Notes under the pieces: generated by a model | What the model saw: the letters and a program-made list of their open reading frames with translations, nothing else | Database searches by the model: none | Told to the model about the DNA's origin: nothing | In this document: positions 1 through 9,262 of the stretch, in pieces | How the letters are laid out: each line of letters begins with the position of its first letter | Position numbering within the stretch: position 1 is the first letter of the stretch | NCBI GenBank assembly: GCA_965207075.1 | Contig: CBDBLO010000002.1 | Coordinates: 1,184,001-1,248,000 of the forward strand | Source of the DNA: Nitrosopumilus sp. | GTDB lineage: Archaea > Thermoproteota > Nitrososphaeria > Nitrososphaerales > Nitrosopumilaceae | DNA length: 64,000 nucleotides | Reading direction: 5' to 3' | Translations under genes and position numbers: made by a program

Positions 1-2
1 AC

Positions 3-431
3 CACAGCATACTCGGCGCCACACATATCCAAAGGTACGCATTCCTGCTGCACAAGCAGTGTCGCCGTGAACTGGACCGCATCGCCGCCGCGCATCCGGA
101 ACTTGCGTGGTACGACGACTGGGAGCCGAATTGGTCCGGCCCGTTCAGCCGCGGACTCAAAAACGACATGGACGCGTGCTTGCGCGGCGGCCTGGCGTTT
201 ACCCACACTCCAGTGGACACCATAGAGAGGCTCTTGGGGCAACGTGAGTACATGCTGTCCCGTGAGGGCAGAATCAAGTGGCGCAGCATGATGCACGCAT
301 TCCCACGCGAGGCGGAAGCCCTGCGCAAGAGGGTGAGTGGGTTGCAGAAGGTGGTATATGAACGGCTGCTTGAGGGGGTGTACTACGCGTACCCCGAATA
401 CACCAAACACGCCAGAGCCACGCCGGCTTAA
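3..431 (+). CDS. 5'-truncated YwgA/SocA(Panacea)-like protein, possible antitoxin
   Basis: Frame is open from the window edge: GATHIQRYAFLL..WYDDWEPNWSGPFSRGL..LLEGVYYAYPEY fits the G-x-T-x-x-Q-K/R..GPFS..VY..YPEY pattern. Confidence 0.5.
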   Translation, partial: HSILGATHIQRYAFLLHKQCRRELDRIAAAHPELAWYDDWEPNWSGPFSRGLKNDMDACLRGGLAFTHTPVDTIERLLGQREYMLSREGRIKWRSMMHAFPREAEALRKRVSGLQKVVYERLLEGVYYAYPEYTKHARATPA

Positions 432-454
432 ATCAGTCCGGCCGCACTGCTCGT

Positions 455-568
455 ATGGCGGACACAAACCACTGCTCGTCGTGCGGCAAACTACTGGAGC
501 CTTTCAAGTGCGCGTCCGACGGCAGGGGCGGCTTCCACTGTGCAAAGTGCGCCGGCTGGGAATCGTAA
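455..568 (+). CDS. 37-aa Zn-ribbon microprotein
   Basis: Read by hand: MADTNHCSSCGKLLEPFKCASDGRGGFHCAKCAGWES, two CxxC pairs. Confidence 0.5.
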   Translation: MADTNHCSSCGKLLEPFKCASDGRGGFHCAKCAGWES

Positions 569-601
569 GGTATGAGACTCGTAAAGGAATAACACGCGGC
601 G

Positions 602-754
602 TCAGTCCGAATAAAACCCCGCCGGCTTTGCAGAGTCAAACCCGCACCTCTTGCATACAAAGCGCCCGTCCGGGTTCTCCCGAGTCCTCTCCTCGCTCTC
701 TCTTGCCCCGCACCTCACGCAGAACACACGCCCGTCGCCAACCATGCACGCCAT
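602..754 (-). CDS. small Zn-ribbon protein (start uncertain)
   Basis: CVRC..CKRC pairs; minus-strand CTTTTAT box at 767-773. Confidence 0.45.
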   Translation of the reverse strand: MACMVGDGRVFCVRCGARESEERTRENPDGRFVCKRCGFDSAKPAGFYSD

Positions 755-810
755 GCAGCGGGATGGATAAAAGATGCAGTCGCTTTTATGAGAACCGCGG
801 CACCACACGC

Positions 811-933
811 ATGGGCGCATTCGACGTGTGCAGGTGCACTGATCACTTGGACAGGCACGAACCCCCCGACGAGGACGGGAACAGGAAGTGCACCAAGTGT
901 TTTTGCGGCGACTACGAGCAGGCGACGGACTGA
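811..933 (+). CDS. CxC..H..H..C..CxC Zn-binding microprotein
   Basis: MGAFDVCRCTDHLDRH..KCTKCFCGDY; TTTTATG box at 784-790. Confidence 0.55.
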   Translation: MGAFDVCRCTDHLDRHEPPDEDGNRKCTKCFCGDYEQATD

Positions 934-1125
934 CGGAGCCGACCTCTCATTTTTCGGTGCTGGTGCCAATTCGTGACATCTTCAATTCGGCAGGTGTGTG
1001 GGGTCTGTACCCATGATCTTCTTCGCAAAGAAACTGGAGTGCGGGTGCCGCCCGCAGTGCCTTACCTCGCACCCCCGACTAAAAGAGGCGGTTACATACC
1101 AAGGTAAACTAATCATAAAAACTGG

Positions 1126-1275
1126 CTAGTCTGAGTGCTGCGCGATCATCCACCTGATCTGTCCCACGTTGGTGCGCCCGTTGCGCCGCGCCAGCTTCTC
1201 GAGGGCGGCGTGGGTGTCCTCGTCCAGCATGACGGACTTGTTGGTGCGGCGGGGCGCCGTATCAGACGCGGGCAT
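1126..1275 (-). CDS. ribbon-helix-helix (Arc/CopG-like) DNA-binding protein, 49 aa
   Basis: Read by hand: MPASDTAPRRTNKSVMLDEDTHAALEKLARRNGRTNVGQIRWMIAQHSD; TGATG overlap with upstream gene. Confidence 0.7.
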   Translation of the reverse strand: MPASDTAPRRTNKSVMLDEDTHAALEKLARRNGRTNVGQIRWMIAQHSD

Positions 1276-1598
1276 CAGGAGCCGGCCTCCCCGCCCTTGA
1301 CACTGCCCTTGACACTGCCTCCGACATCGCCTCCGACATCGCCCGTGACACCGCCCACGACATTACCCCAGATATTGCCCTTGACATCACCCAAGACATC
1401 GTCTCCGACATCGCCCCCGACATCGCCCATGACTTCGCCATTGACATCGCCCCCGACATCGCCCCCGACATTGCCCTCGACATTGCCCTTGACATCGCCC
1501 TTGACGTGGCAAAAGAAGCCGTCCGGGATGACAACCGTCTTTTTCTCCGCGTCATAGTATGGCTCTGCCGCGCGTGCGGGTTCCGCGTCCGGCGGCAT
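1275..1598 (-). CDS. xGxV tetrapeptide-repeat protein, probable beta-helix/solenoid
   Basis: About 17 units KGDV/EGNV/GGDV; start at TGATG overlap with GGAGG upstream. Confidence 0.7.
   Translation of the reverse strand: MPPDAEPARAAEPYYDAEKKTVVIPDGFFCHVKGDVKGNVEGNVGGDVGGDVNGEVMGDVGGDVGDDVLGDVKGNIWGNVVGGVTGDVGGDVGGSVKGSVKGGEAGS
1293..1505. repeat. degenerate 12-bp coding tandem repeat
   Basis: Units such as GCCCCCGACATC/GCCCTTGACATC encode the xGxV repeat on the minus strand. Confidence 0.85.
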
Positions 1599-1835
1599 CA
1601 GTCCACGCCTCCACCGTGCGCCTGTGCTGCGCGGCCCGCATCTCTGCGGTCTTGCAGGAGTGGCAGTGACCGCGGCCCGTGCCAGGCCGAAAATACCAGG
1701 TCGTTCCTCTCCTGCTCGCATGCTTTGTATGCATTGTTCATGTTATAGGTATGTATAGATATGTATATAAATCTATGTTTCTACACCTGCCGAATTGAAG
1801 ATGTCACGAATTGGCACCGGCGGCGCCGGCAGCTG

Positions 1836-2408
1836 CTATGCGATTCCCTTTACGGCAGCGAGGTCGGCGTATGCATGCCCCCCGCCCCCGGCGGCCTCCA
1901 CGCTCTTCTTGATCTTGAATTCGTCAACCCCCTGGATGCCGAACGGCTTTTCGGCCGCCCGTCCGGCCAGCTTCCTTAAGATTTTCTCGCCGGCGCCATC
2001 TGTCATCCGGAGTATGGTGATGTGTGGGACGAATGGAAAGTCGCGCCTGTATCCCAATGGTGACAGCGCGTCGGACACCTTTTGTGCCAAGCTGTGCAGC
2101 CCGGGGCCACCTCCGACCGTCTTCATGCCAATCCATACCACCCTCGGCTCCCCGGAGTCCGGGAACACCCCGACCTCGCCGCCCACCTGCAGGTCGAACG
2201 GGTCGAACTTGATCGCGGACAGGGCGTCCACGACGGACTGTTGCGCGTCGTCCGGGACGTCCCCGAGGAACTGCAGCGTGATGTGCAATTTTTCAGTGTC
2301 CTGGAGTTTGACGCCCCCGTGTTCCGGCGGCGCCAGTTCGGTCTGCAGCCTCCGTATGCCGTCGAGCACCGCGGGCTTGGTGATCTCCACCGCGACAAAG
2401 GATCTCAT
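1836..2408 (-). CDS. thpR: RNA 2',3'-cyclic phosphodiesterase (2H family)
   Basis: MRSFVAVEI start, two HxT motifs (LHITLQFLG, PHITILR), PRVVWIG; TATA box near 2429-2435. Confidence 0.92.
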   Translation of the reverse strand: MRSFVAVEITKPAVLDGIRRLQTELAPPEHGGVKLQDTEKLHITLQFLGDVPDDAQQSVVDALSAIKFDPFDLQVGGEVGVFPDSGEPRVVWIGMKTVGGGPGLHSLAQKVSDALSPLGYRRDFPFVPHITILRMTDGAGEKILRKLAGRAAEKPFGIQGVDEFKIKKSVEAAGGGGHAYADLAAVKGIA

Positions 2409-2525
2409 GACATGAGTGTAGGCTGTTTGATATAAGGCGCCTGCGCCCAAGCGGCCCGGCGGTATTATTCCGCCCTTTAATGCGACTCCCGCGTGTTCGT
2501 GTTGACGACTAGTTCGACAACAGCG

Positions 2526-2596
2526 GCCATGATCGTACAGTGGCAGTACAACCGGCTGTGATCCGGTGGACGCGGGTTCGATTCCCCCTCGTGGCC
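2526..2596 (+). tRNA. tRNA-His(GTG)
   Basis: Cloverleaf GCCATGA/TCGTGGC, arm ACCGG-CTGTGAT-CCGGT, TTCGATT loop, encoded G-1 at 2525 and C73; one T-stem mismatch. Confidence 0.88.
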
Positions 2597-2599
2597 TTT

Positions 2600-2671
2600 G
2601 CCCCTGTAGCTCAGCGGCGGAGCGGTCCCCCCGTAAGGGACTGGTCATGCGTTCGAATCGCATCAGGGGCT
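2600..2671 (+). tRNA. tRNA-Thr(CGT) with C33
   Basis: GCCCCTG/CAGGGGC, arm GTCCC-CCCGTAA-GGGAC, ATGCG-TTCGAAT-CGCAT, U73. Confidence 0.88.
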
Positions 2672-2674
2672 TTC

Positions 2675-2747
2675 GACCCCGTGGCAGAGCCAGGCAATGC
2701 GGGAGCCTGCAAAGCTCCATACGCCGGTCCGAGTCCGGCCGGGGTCT
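2675..2747 (+). tRNA. tRNA-Cys(GCA), variant T-loop
   Basis: GACCCCG/CGGGGTC, arm GGAGC-CTGCAAA-GCTCC, T-loop TCCGAGT, U73. Confidence 0.85.
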
Positions 2748-3022
2748 TCACATTGACGGCGGCGCGTCCCGGACGGCGCCAACGCCACCCGGCCTGCCGC
2801 AAAAACTGATATGCCATGCACTGCACGCCACGTACGCGGGGGAGGCCCGAACGGGCCGACGCGGCGGCAGCCATGTTGCTGGGTTCGGGGCGCTCCGGCG
2901 TCCCGCATGTCCTGCCGCCGCCCCGCACTACCGTGACTCTGCTCCGTTGTTCGCATCCGCGACACTCCTGCCGCGTCCGCCTCCGTGCATGGGCACGCAC
3001 GCCGCCCTTGAAGGAATTTGCC

Positions 3023-3238
3023 GCTGGCTGGGCTTCCCGCCGGGCACGTGTCTTTAGGCCGGACGACCCGGCTCCCCCGCCCAAGCGATCATACACCTCG
3101 CCTGTACTACCGCTCCGGGACCCGGCGTCAGGAGTCCCTCTCCGGGCCCATCCCTTCGCCCCCTCGGCGGCAACCGCTTCGCTCCCGTCGCGGTTCCGGG
3201 GTTTCCATGGTAGCCTGGTCCGCGTGGAGTCTGCCAGC
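3023..3238 (-). ncRNA. candidate structured non-coding RNA (or ssDNA structure), family unknown
   Basis: Closing stem GCTGGC/GCCAGC, at least four internal stems, TATA-like box at 3261-3268, no convincing ORF. Confidence 0.35.
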
Positions 3239-3293
3239 AATACCGCTGCGGCGGCGGACGTTATAATTATTGTTATTTTTGAATAGTTTACAA

Positions 3294-3305
3294 AACATTT
3301 ATAAT
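3294..3305 (+). promoter_or_regulatory. archaeal TATA promoter of the 3328-7057 operon
   Basis: AACATTTATAAT ending 22 nt before ATG 3328; shares AACATTTATAA with the minus-strand motif promoters. Confidence 0.65.
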
Positions 3306-3327
3306 TACTTAACACTATACTATAACC

Positions 3328-3819
3328 ATGGGGTACTCTCATTACTGGTACTGGGGAAACCGGGTGCCAAAAAGCAAGATGGCCGCCGTGGCTGCCGACC
3401 TGCAAATTTTACGCCCGCGCCTAGAGCGCGAGATGGGCGTGCGGTTGGCGGGCAACCAAGGCAAGGGTGAGGCCGAAATCACCGACCAAAGGATACGGTT
3501 CAACGGACCGGAAAAATGTGGGCGCCAGACGTTTCTGTTCGACCCGCGCGAGGGCATGAAATTCGACAACTGCCAGGGGCTGTTCAACAGCTGCTCGACG
3601 GGGCGCCACCCGTACGACCTGGCAGTGACTGCGTGTTTGCTCGCCGCAAAGTACCACTTTGGCGCGCGCATCAGGATCGAGACCGACGGCGAGACCAAGG
3701 ACTGGGCCGACGCGGCTCGCATCATCGCCGAGGAGCTCGGGTACGGCATGGCCGTGGAAGTCCGGAAGTGCAGGGTCCTTTACGAGGCCGCCAAGCCGGT
3801 GCTGGAGGTGGCGGCCTGA
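3328..3819 (+). CDS. conserved mobile-element protein of unknown function (MGYxHYW family)
   Basis: MGYSHYW..IRFNG..TF..FNSCSTGRHPYDLAVTACL..TDG..W pattern recalled from plasmid/phage hypotheticals. Confidence 0.7.
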   Translation: MGYSHYWYWGNRVPKSKMAAVAADLQILRPRLEREMGVRLAGNQGKGEAEITDQRIRFNGPEKCGRQTFLFDPREGMKFDNCQGLFNSCSTGRHPYDLAVTACLLAAKYHFGARIRIETDGETKDWADAARIIAEELGYGMAVEVRKCRVLYEAAKPVLEVAA

Positions 3820-4487
3820 TGCCGTCCATGATGGAGCCGCCGGTTTCCGTCCAAAAGGACGCGCCGCGCAAGCACCACCACGACAAGCTGGTCGCGTGGG
3901 ACGTGGACAGCTGCATGGGGCAGTCCGAGTTCATGTGCGTGAACTGCGGCTCTAGCGGATTCAGCGTGCAGCTCGGCGGACGCGGATACGGACTGCACTG
4001 CCACTGCGGCGCGTCGTACTACATGTACACCTACAGGGGCACCGAGTACATCAAGGTGCTGGAGGACGACGACTGGGGGCGCATGGGCTTTGACTGCCCG
4101 CGCTGCAAGGCCGAGATGTGCCTCAGCACGCGCAGCCTCGACGAGGATCCGAAGTGCATGGAGTGCGGCAGGACGTGCACGTTCGCGGAAGCCAACGCGT
4201 ACCTAGAGTCCACCAAGCTCTACCATGCAGTGCCTCTGCAGGCCGGCGACGGCGAGCTGCTCGGCCGGGCGTCATACAACAACCTGATGGAGGCCGGCAG
4301 GAGCGCCTTTGGCGCGAGGTTCGAGTCCGTGCGCATCGACAGGGACGGACGGACGCCGGTCGGCATGCGCTTCGAGTATACGCGCGGCGAGAATCCCGGA
4401 CTGTCCGGGAGATTCGCGGGGCGTAGCGGCGGCGAGGAAAACCGCGCGCTGCTGGTCGAGCACCTCAGGCGGGAGGTTGAGGACTGA
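3819..4487 (+). CDS. multi Zn-ribbon protein
   Basis: CVNC, CHC, CPRC, CMEC; TGATG coupling at both ends. Confidence 0.65.
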   Translation: MPSMMEPPVSVQKDAPRKHHHDKLVAWDVDSCMGQSEFMCVNCGSSGFSVQLGGRGYGLHCHCGASYYMYTYRGTEYIKVLEDDDWGRMGFDCPRCKAEMCLSTRSLDEDPKCMECGRTCTFAEANAYLESTKLYHAVPLQAGDGELLGRASYNNLMEAGRSAFGARFESVRIDRDGRTPVGMRFEYTRGENPGLSGRFAGRSGGEENRALLVEHLRREVED

Positions 4488-4867
4488 TGCCGCTAATCCC
4501 ATCAAAGTACGTCGGCGGCATGCCCGACGGCTTTCTGCCGACCGAATACATGATGCTCCACCCGGACGGCAGGTGGCACCGCCTGAACGCATCCTCATCA
4601 GACGCGGCGATCGCCGCCGGCCGCGCGTCCGCTAGGACGTGGGTGCGCGAAGCGGCAGGCGAGGAACTGCAGCGGCACGAGGACGGGCTGCACACGCTGT
4701 ACACCGTCGACGACATCCACGTGGACGCGTTCGGCGATTCGTGCATCGAACTGCACGCGCTGTGGGAGATGTCGACCCGCGAGATATACGACGCGGTCCG
4801 GGCTGGCACGTGGCCAAATATGGCGCCGCGGGACGCGCCTAAATGCGAACCGGGGGTGGTGGCGTGA
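4487..4867 (+). CDS. hypothetical protein, paralog of 27562-27864
   Basis: Shared ML.PDG.W..AR..G..TLY.V..D.C.E...L.E.S pattern. Confidence 0.65.
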   Translation: MPLIPSKYVGGMPDGFLPTEYMMLHPDGRWHRLNASSSDAAIAAGRASARTWVREAAGEELQRHEDGLHTLYTVDDIHVDAFGDSCIELHALWEMSTREIYDAVRAGTWPNMAPRDAPKCEPGVVA

Positions 4868-7057
4868 TGGCAGACAACTTTACCACCGACCTCAACGACA
4901 ACGAGGTGCTGCGCAGCATCATCGAGGGGCTGGCATACGGCACCGAGTCCGACCGCATGGGCGCCATAGACCAGTACGAGCGCGGCCTGACCGACCTGCG
5001 GCGCAAGCACCTCGCCCTGCTGCAGGCCGGCCGCATCATCAGGGTCGCCGGCGACGAGATCAGCAGGCTGGACACCGGCACGGACACCGGCGACACCGAC
5101 GTGGACATGCTGCTGACGGACGTGCGCAACGTTTTGTCAAAGCAGGCAAAGCGCGTACGGGGGTTCAGGGGGGCGGTGGAATGATGCGCCACCCCGACCA
5201 GCCGAGGCCGACTCCCAAGGAGCTCGCCAAGGCGCACGACAAGCAGGGCATGTCCCACGAGACGACGGGGCAGATCAACGTGCTTGTACGCAAGTACGCC
5301 GAGCAGCAGACGACCGACGCGCTGATGCGGCTGTACTCTCGCGCCGCAAAGTGCGACACCGTCGACGCCGTCAGGCTCTGCATACGCGACGAGATCGAGG
5401 AGCACCTCGAGGCCCAGGGGTTGCTCTGATGCCCGCCGACACGATACTCGTGTCCTCCGACTCGGAGGGCTGGACCGGCGAGGCAACGCACGAGGACGCC
5501 GAGGACGAGGCAAAGTCGCTGTACGACGACCCGGAGGGGACGTGGGCCGAGGTGACCGTATACCGTATACCGGCCGGCAGGCTGGTCGACGGCTGGTCCG
5601 GCAGCCACCGCGCGAGCATACTGCGCGACCAGGAGAGCGCGTCGGAGCTGGACGAGTACGAGGTATCGTCGTGGTCAGGCCACGTGGACGAGGCCGAACC
5701 GGACTGCAGGCAGAGCCCGTACCACGACCCGCATCCTGACGGACACGACTGGACCGCGACCCGCGCGGTGGAGGGCGGCCTGGAGGAGAACCCCGGCGTG
5801 TTCGGCAACGGCGGAGGCGTGGTCATTCATACACACTGCACGAGGTGCCCCGCCACCCGGACGGAGGACACGTGGGCGACCGATCCCAGTGACGGCAGCC
5901 AGGGCCACACCGTGGTGACATACGGGAGGCGCGACGACTGATGCCTGACGCGCGGACCTACGCGGGACAGCGCCTCGCGGACAACGCGGACGCGGCGGCC
6001 TTTGCTGGTTCGGCGGCGCCCGTTCCGGCGCCAGCAGTAAAGGCGGCCGGCGGGCCTACGGTATATGTAATGCACTGCACCAAGTGCCTGTCCGAATGCC
6101 ACGTGAGCGCCTATGAGCCGCGTACCATCGGCATGTTCAACCGGGACATGGACGTTTCCATCATAATGTTCGAGCACAAGAACCATGGCCTCGGGCCGTG
6201 CCCGCACAAGCAGTCCATAACCGTAGGGATACTGGATATGGTGAGCATAACGCGCGAGTTCGTCCGGCATACCGTCGACGAGTACGGCGACCATTACATG
6301 CTGAACACCTACTTTGACAACGGCTCCATATCAGGGGGCGGGCTCTTGAAGGAGGAGATTCCGCCGGGCATGCCGATACTGGAAGCGGGGGAGGGCGGCG
6401 AGTGATGGCCGGAGGAATCCCGCTGATCGTAAAGTGCATGTCCTGCATGCAGTGGATGCCCAGGTCAGACGTGTATTTGCCGACGCGCAAGGACGAGCCG
6501 GTGCCGCCCTGCTCGCACGGCAAGGTGGAAATCGAGATATGCGGCAGGTGCGGGCACGCCGAGCACCTACACAAGGGCGGCCCAGGGGACCTGAAGGGGT
6601 GCGTCATATGCAACATGACCGCACGGCCGGACAGGCCGCCGGCGCCGTGCTGCGCCAGGATGCTCAAGATGGCGACCATGACGGCGATGATGGTTATAGC
6701 GGTGGAAACGGCCGCCCGTGGCGGCGGGGGGCCGGTGTTCTGATGCCCGTGTCGTCCTACTGCAATGAGGGAGAGCACAGGGCCTGCTCCAACAGGGTGT
6801 TCTGCGAGGAGGCCGGGTGGGTGATCTGCCGCTGCCTGTGCCACGAACTACAAAAGGTGCTGATCGTAGACATCCTGCCGCACCTGAATGTGATCGAGGC
6901 GGAAACCCACCTCATCGACAATGAGGAGTGCGACAAGCACGTGGCCGTTGGTAACATCCTGTCCGAACTCGACTTCGCCAGGCGCGCCCTGGCGTTCCCC
7001 GGCATCGACACGGACTACAAGGAGCCTGACGCAGCACGGGAGGCTGGGAATGGGTGA
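4867..7057 (+). other. six coupled small hypothetical CDS (4867-5184, 5181-5429, 5429-5941, 5941-6405, 6405-6743, 6743-7057), several Cys/His-rich
   Basis: Consecutive stop/start overlaps; 5429-5941 shares HDW..GG..G..HC..C with 23224-23910. Confidence 0.65.
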
Positions 7058-7145
7058 CCGCGATGGCTCCGACGGTCAGCGGCATTCATTGTCGCGCCCA
7101 AACAGTTTGCAAAACCATTTTTAACAGTACGGGCGCACGTGGCGC

Positions 7146-7676
7146 ATGGCCGGGCAGTCCAAGAAGTGCGCAAAGTGCGGCCGCGCGTTCGAGGCGTCGC
7201 ACGGAGCGCAAAAGTTCTGCAGCGGGGAGTGCGTGAGGTTGCACAGAAACGACTACCACGCGAAGCGCAGGGCGGGGAAGAAGCCCGCAAAGGCGGGGTG
7301 CGAGGTATGCGGCAAGCCCTATGAGAAGCGCGGCAACCAGAAGACGTGCAGTCCGGAGTGCTCGGAGGAACTGCGCATAAGATACCTCCAGGACTATCAC
7401 GACGAGGACGCCAAAGCGGACGCCGGCGACGGTACCGACACTGACGGAAAAGGTGGGGGAAATTGGGCAAAGTATCGGGAGACCGCGACCCGCAAGCGCA
7501 TAGAGGCGGCGGGCACCGTGCAGAGGACGTGCGTCATATGCCGCAGCGCGTTTACGACGCACGACCGGCGGCGCAAGACCTGCAGCCGCAAGTGTTCCAC
7601 TGCAAACAGCTCTGGTCCGGAGGCCGTGCGGGAGGCCGTGATGGCGGCCGTGCGGAAGGCGGACCTGAAGAAGTGA
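7146..7676 (+). CDS. protein with three CxxC..CSxxC treble-clef Zn fingers
   Basis: CAKC..FCSGEC, CEVC..TCSPEC, CVIC..TCSRKC; TTTTAA box near 7119. Confidence 0.75.
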   Translation: MAGQSKKCAKCGRAFEASHGAQKFCSGECVRLHRNDYHAKRRAGKKPAKAGCEVCGKPYEKRGNQKTCSPECSEELRIRYLQDYHDEDAKADAGDGTDTDGKGGGNWAKYRETATRKRIEAAGTVQRTCVICRSAFTTHDRRRKTCSRKCSTANSSGPEAVREAVMAAVRKADLKK

Positions 7677-7770
7677 CAGCCCGTCCTTAATAGCGCCCCG
7701 GGTGAGTGGGCTTGATGGCTTGTTGTTTTTACGGTCCGGCCTCGTTGACAGCGGCGGCGGGTGATTCCTG

Positions 7771-8796
7771 ATGGGCCGCCCGTACAGGCAGGAGATCACC
7801 GAACTGCCGGACACATACCTAGACGCGCTGGAAACCCCGATAGACGGACTGCTCGGATTTGTGAGCGAGTCGCTGAACTCTCCACTGCGCGCCGTCGGGT
7901 CGGGAGGCTCGGCGACCGCGTGCGTGTTCGCATCCGTCCTGCACGAACAGGCCACGGGCCTGGTGGCGCGCCACTCCACTCCGCTTGAACAACTCGACGC
8001 CCACGTATCGCCGGGCACGTCGGTGCTGCTGGCCAGCGCTGGCGGCAACAACAAGGACATACTCGCTGCCTTTGAACACGTGAACCGGGGGGACCGCCAG
8101 GCCCTGGGCGTCCTGTGCTCCAGCGGCGGCAGCGGGAAGCTGTCCAAACTGTGCGCGTCAAAGCCCGGTATCTGGCTGCACGACGCCGCAATACCCAACG
8201 GGGACGGGTTCCTCGCGACAAATTCGCTCTTGGCCGCGTGCGTGTGGCTGGCCCGCGCGTACGGCCGGCACGTGCCGGGGCAGCCGCTCCCGGAAAGGTT
8301 TGCCGACCTGCTGCCCCCGCGCGTGTACGCCGGCGGGTACACGGCGTGGCTGGACGACGTGCTCGGCGGCATGTCCGGCGTCCGAACCGTGGTGGTGCTC
8401 CATGACACTGCAAGCAGTGCTGCCGCCGCCGACCTGGAGTCCAAGCTCGTGGAGTCCGGCGTATGCAACGCGCAGCCCGCCGACTACCGGAACTTTGCCC
8501 ACGGGCGGCACAACTGGCTTGACAAGCACAAGGATACGGGCGTGATCATGCTGACTAATGCCGCGTGCGAGGGGCTTGCCAGGCGCACGGCAGACCCGCT
8601 TCCCGCGAGCATACCGGTCGTCACGCTTGACACTGAATTGGACGGGCCTGCCGGCATGCTCTCCCTGCTGGTGCAGTGCATGTGCGCCGCCGGCGTGCTC
8701 GGCAGGCAGCGCGGCATAGACCCCGGCAGGCCGGGGGTGGCTGACTTTGGCAGGAAGCTGTACGGCATGGGGCCGTACGGGGCTGCAGTCGATTGA
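7771..8796 (+). CDS. double SIS-domain (sugar isomerase/phosphosugar-binding) protein
   Basis: AVGSGGS, LASAGGNNKDI, ESKLVE, NFAHGRH are GlmS-like SIS motifs. Confidence 0.8.
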   Translation: MGRPYRQEITELPDTYLDALETPIDGLLGFVSESLNSPLRAVGSGGSATACVFASVLHEQATGLVARHSTPLEQLDAHVSPGTSVLLASAGGNNKDILAAFEHVNRGDRQALGVLCSSGGSGKLSKLCASKPGIWLHDAAIPNGDGFLATNSLLAACVWLARAYGRHVPGQPLPERFADLLPPRVYAGGYTAWLDDVLGGMSGVRTVVVLHDTASSAAAADLESKLVESGVCNAQPADYRNFAHGRHNWLDKHKDTGVIMLTNAACEGLARRTADPLPASIPVVTLDTELDGPAGMLSLLVQCMCAAGVLGRQRGIDPGRPGVADFGRKLYGMGPYGAAVD

Positions 8797-8811
8797 GCGG
8801 CGGCCGGAATC

Positions 8812-9171
8812 CTATCCTCTTAGTTCGCGCAGTCTCGCGGCGATGCCGTCGTTGTCGGCCTTGTGTTCGGCAATACGTTCGTCGTACATAGCGATCTCTC
8901 CCACATCGCCTGTATGCTGCGCGCCCGCTGACGCCTCCCCCCTGTGCCGGAGTGCACTGCGCAGCCCCCGCAGGCGCCCAATCTCGCGGTCGTTGTGCCT
9001 TTGGCACTCCTCCAGCACCCTGACGTCGCCGTCCGCACAGGAGGCTTCATGCCGTTCCTCGTATGATGCGGCAAGCCTTCTCGCGGTCTCGGCCAGTTCT
9101 GGGTGCCCTGCAGACTCGGCGCGTTCGCCAAGCCTGCGGTACTTGCCTATCTCGAGGGCGTAGTTTGCCAT
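8812..9171 (-). CDS. helical/coiled-coil hypothetical protein
   Basis: Charged helical ORF with minus-strand TTTTAT box near 9194-9200. Confidence 0.55.
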   Translation of the reverse strand: MANYALEIGKYRRLGERAESAGHPELAETARRLAASYEERHEASCADGDVRVLEECQRHNDREIGRLRGLRSALRHRGEASAGAQHTGDVGEIAMYDERIAEHKADNDGIAARLRELRG

Positions 9172-9262
9172 GCCTGATGTTGCACCCGGCGGCATAAAAA
9201 CTCCGCCGCGCGGGGCGCTGCCGACGCGTGTTGGACGTACCGGCTTTTATGGACTCACGCGC

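Larger units (their letters stand above)
962..1818. mobile_element. 857-bp cassette bounded by perfect 36-bp inverted repeats (MITE-like or invertible segment)
   Basis: 962-997 GGTGCCAATTCGTGACATCTTCAATTCGGCAGGTGT is the exact reverse complement of 1783-1818; no transposase inside and no clear target-site duplication. Confidence 0.7.

Noticed and set aside
1293-1505. Tandem repeats as a CRISPR array
   Set aside because: 12-bp degenerate units without spacers; they encode a peptide repeat
2526-2747. tRNAs as integration (att) sites
   Set aside because: No integrase and no duplicated tRNA end noticed; element-type genes lie on both sides
2750-3240. RNase P or SRP RNA
   Set aside because: Could not find GAGGAAAGTCC and CR-V motifs or the SRP helix 8 consensus
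3806-3821. C-terminal -AA tails as ssrA-like degrons
   Set aside because: Explained more simply by the embedded Shine-Dalgarno; tails vary at the protein level
7086-8468. Long antisense ORFs (also 23209-24471, 48758-49738, 58853-59848 and many others)
   Set aside because: Shadow frames of GC-rich genes; the opposite strand has motifs, promoters and coupled junctions
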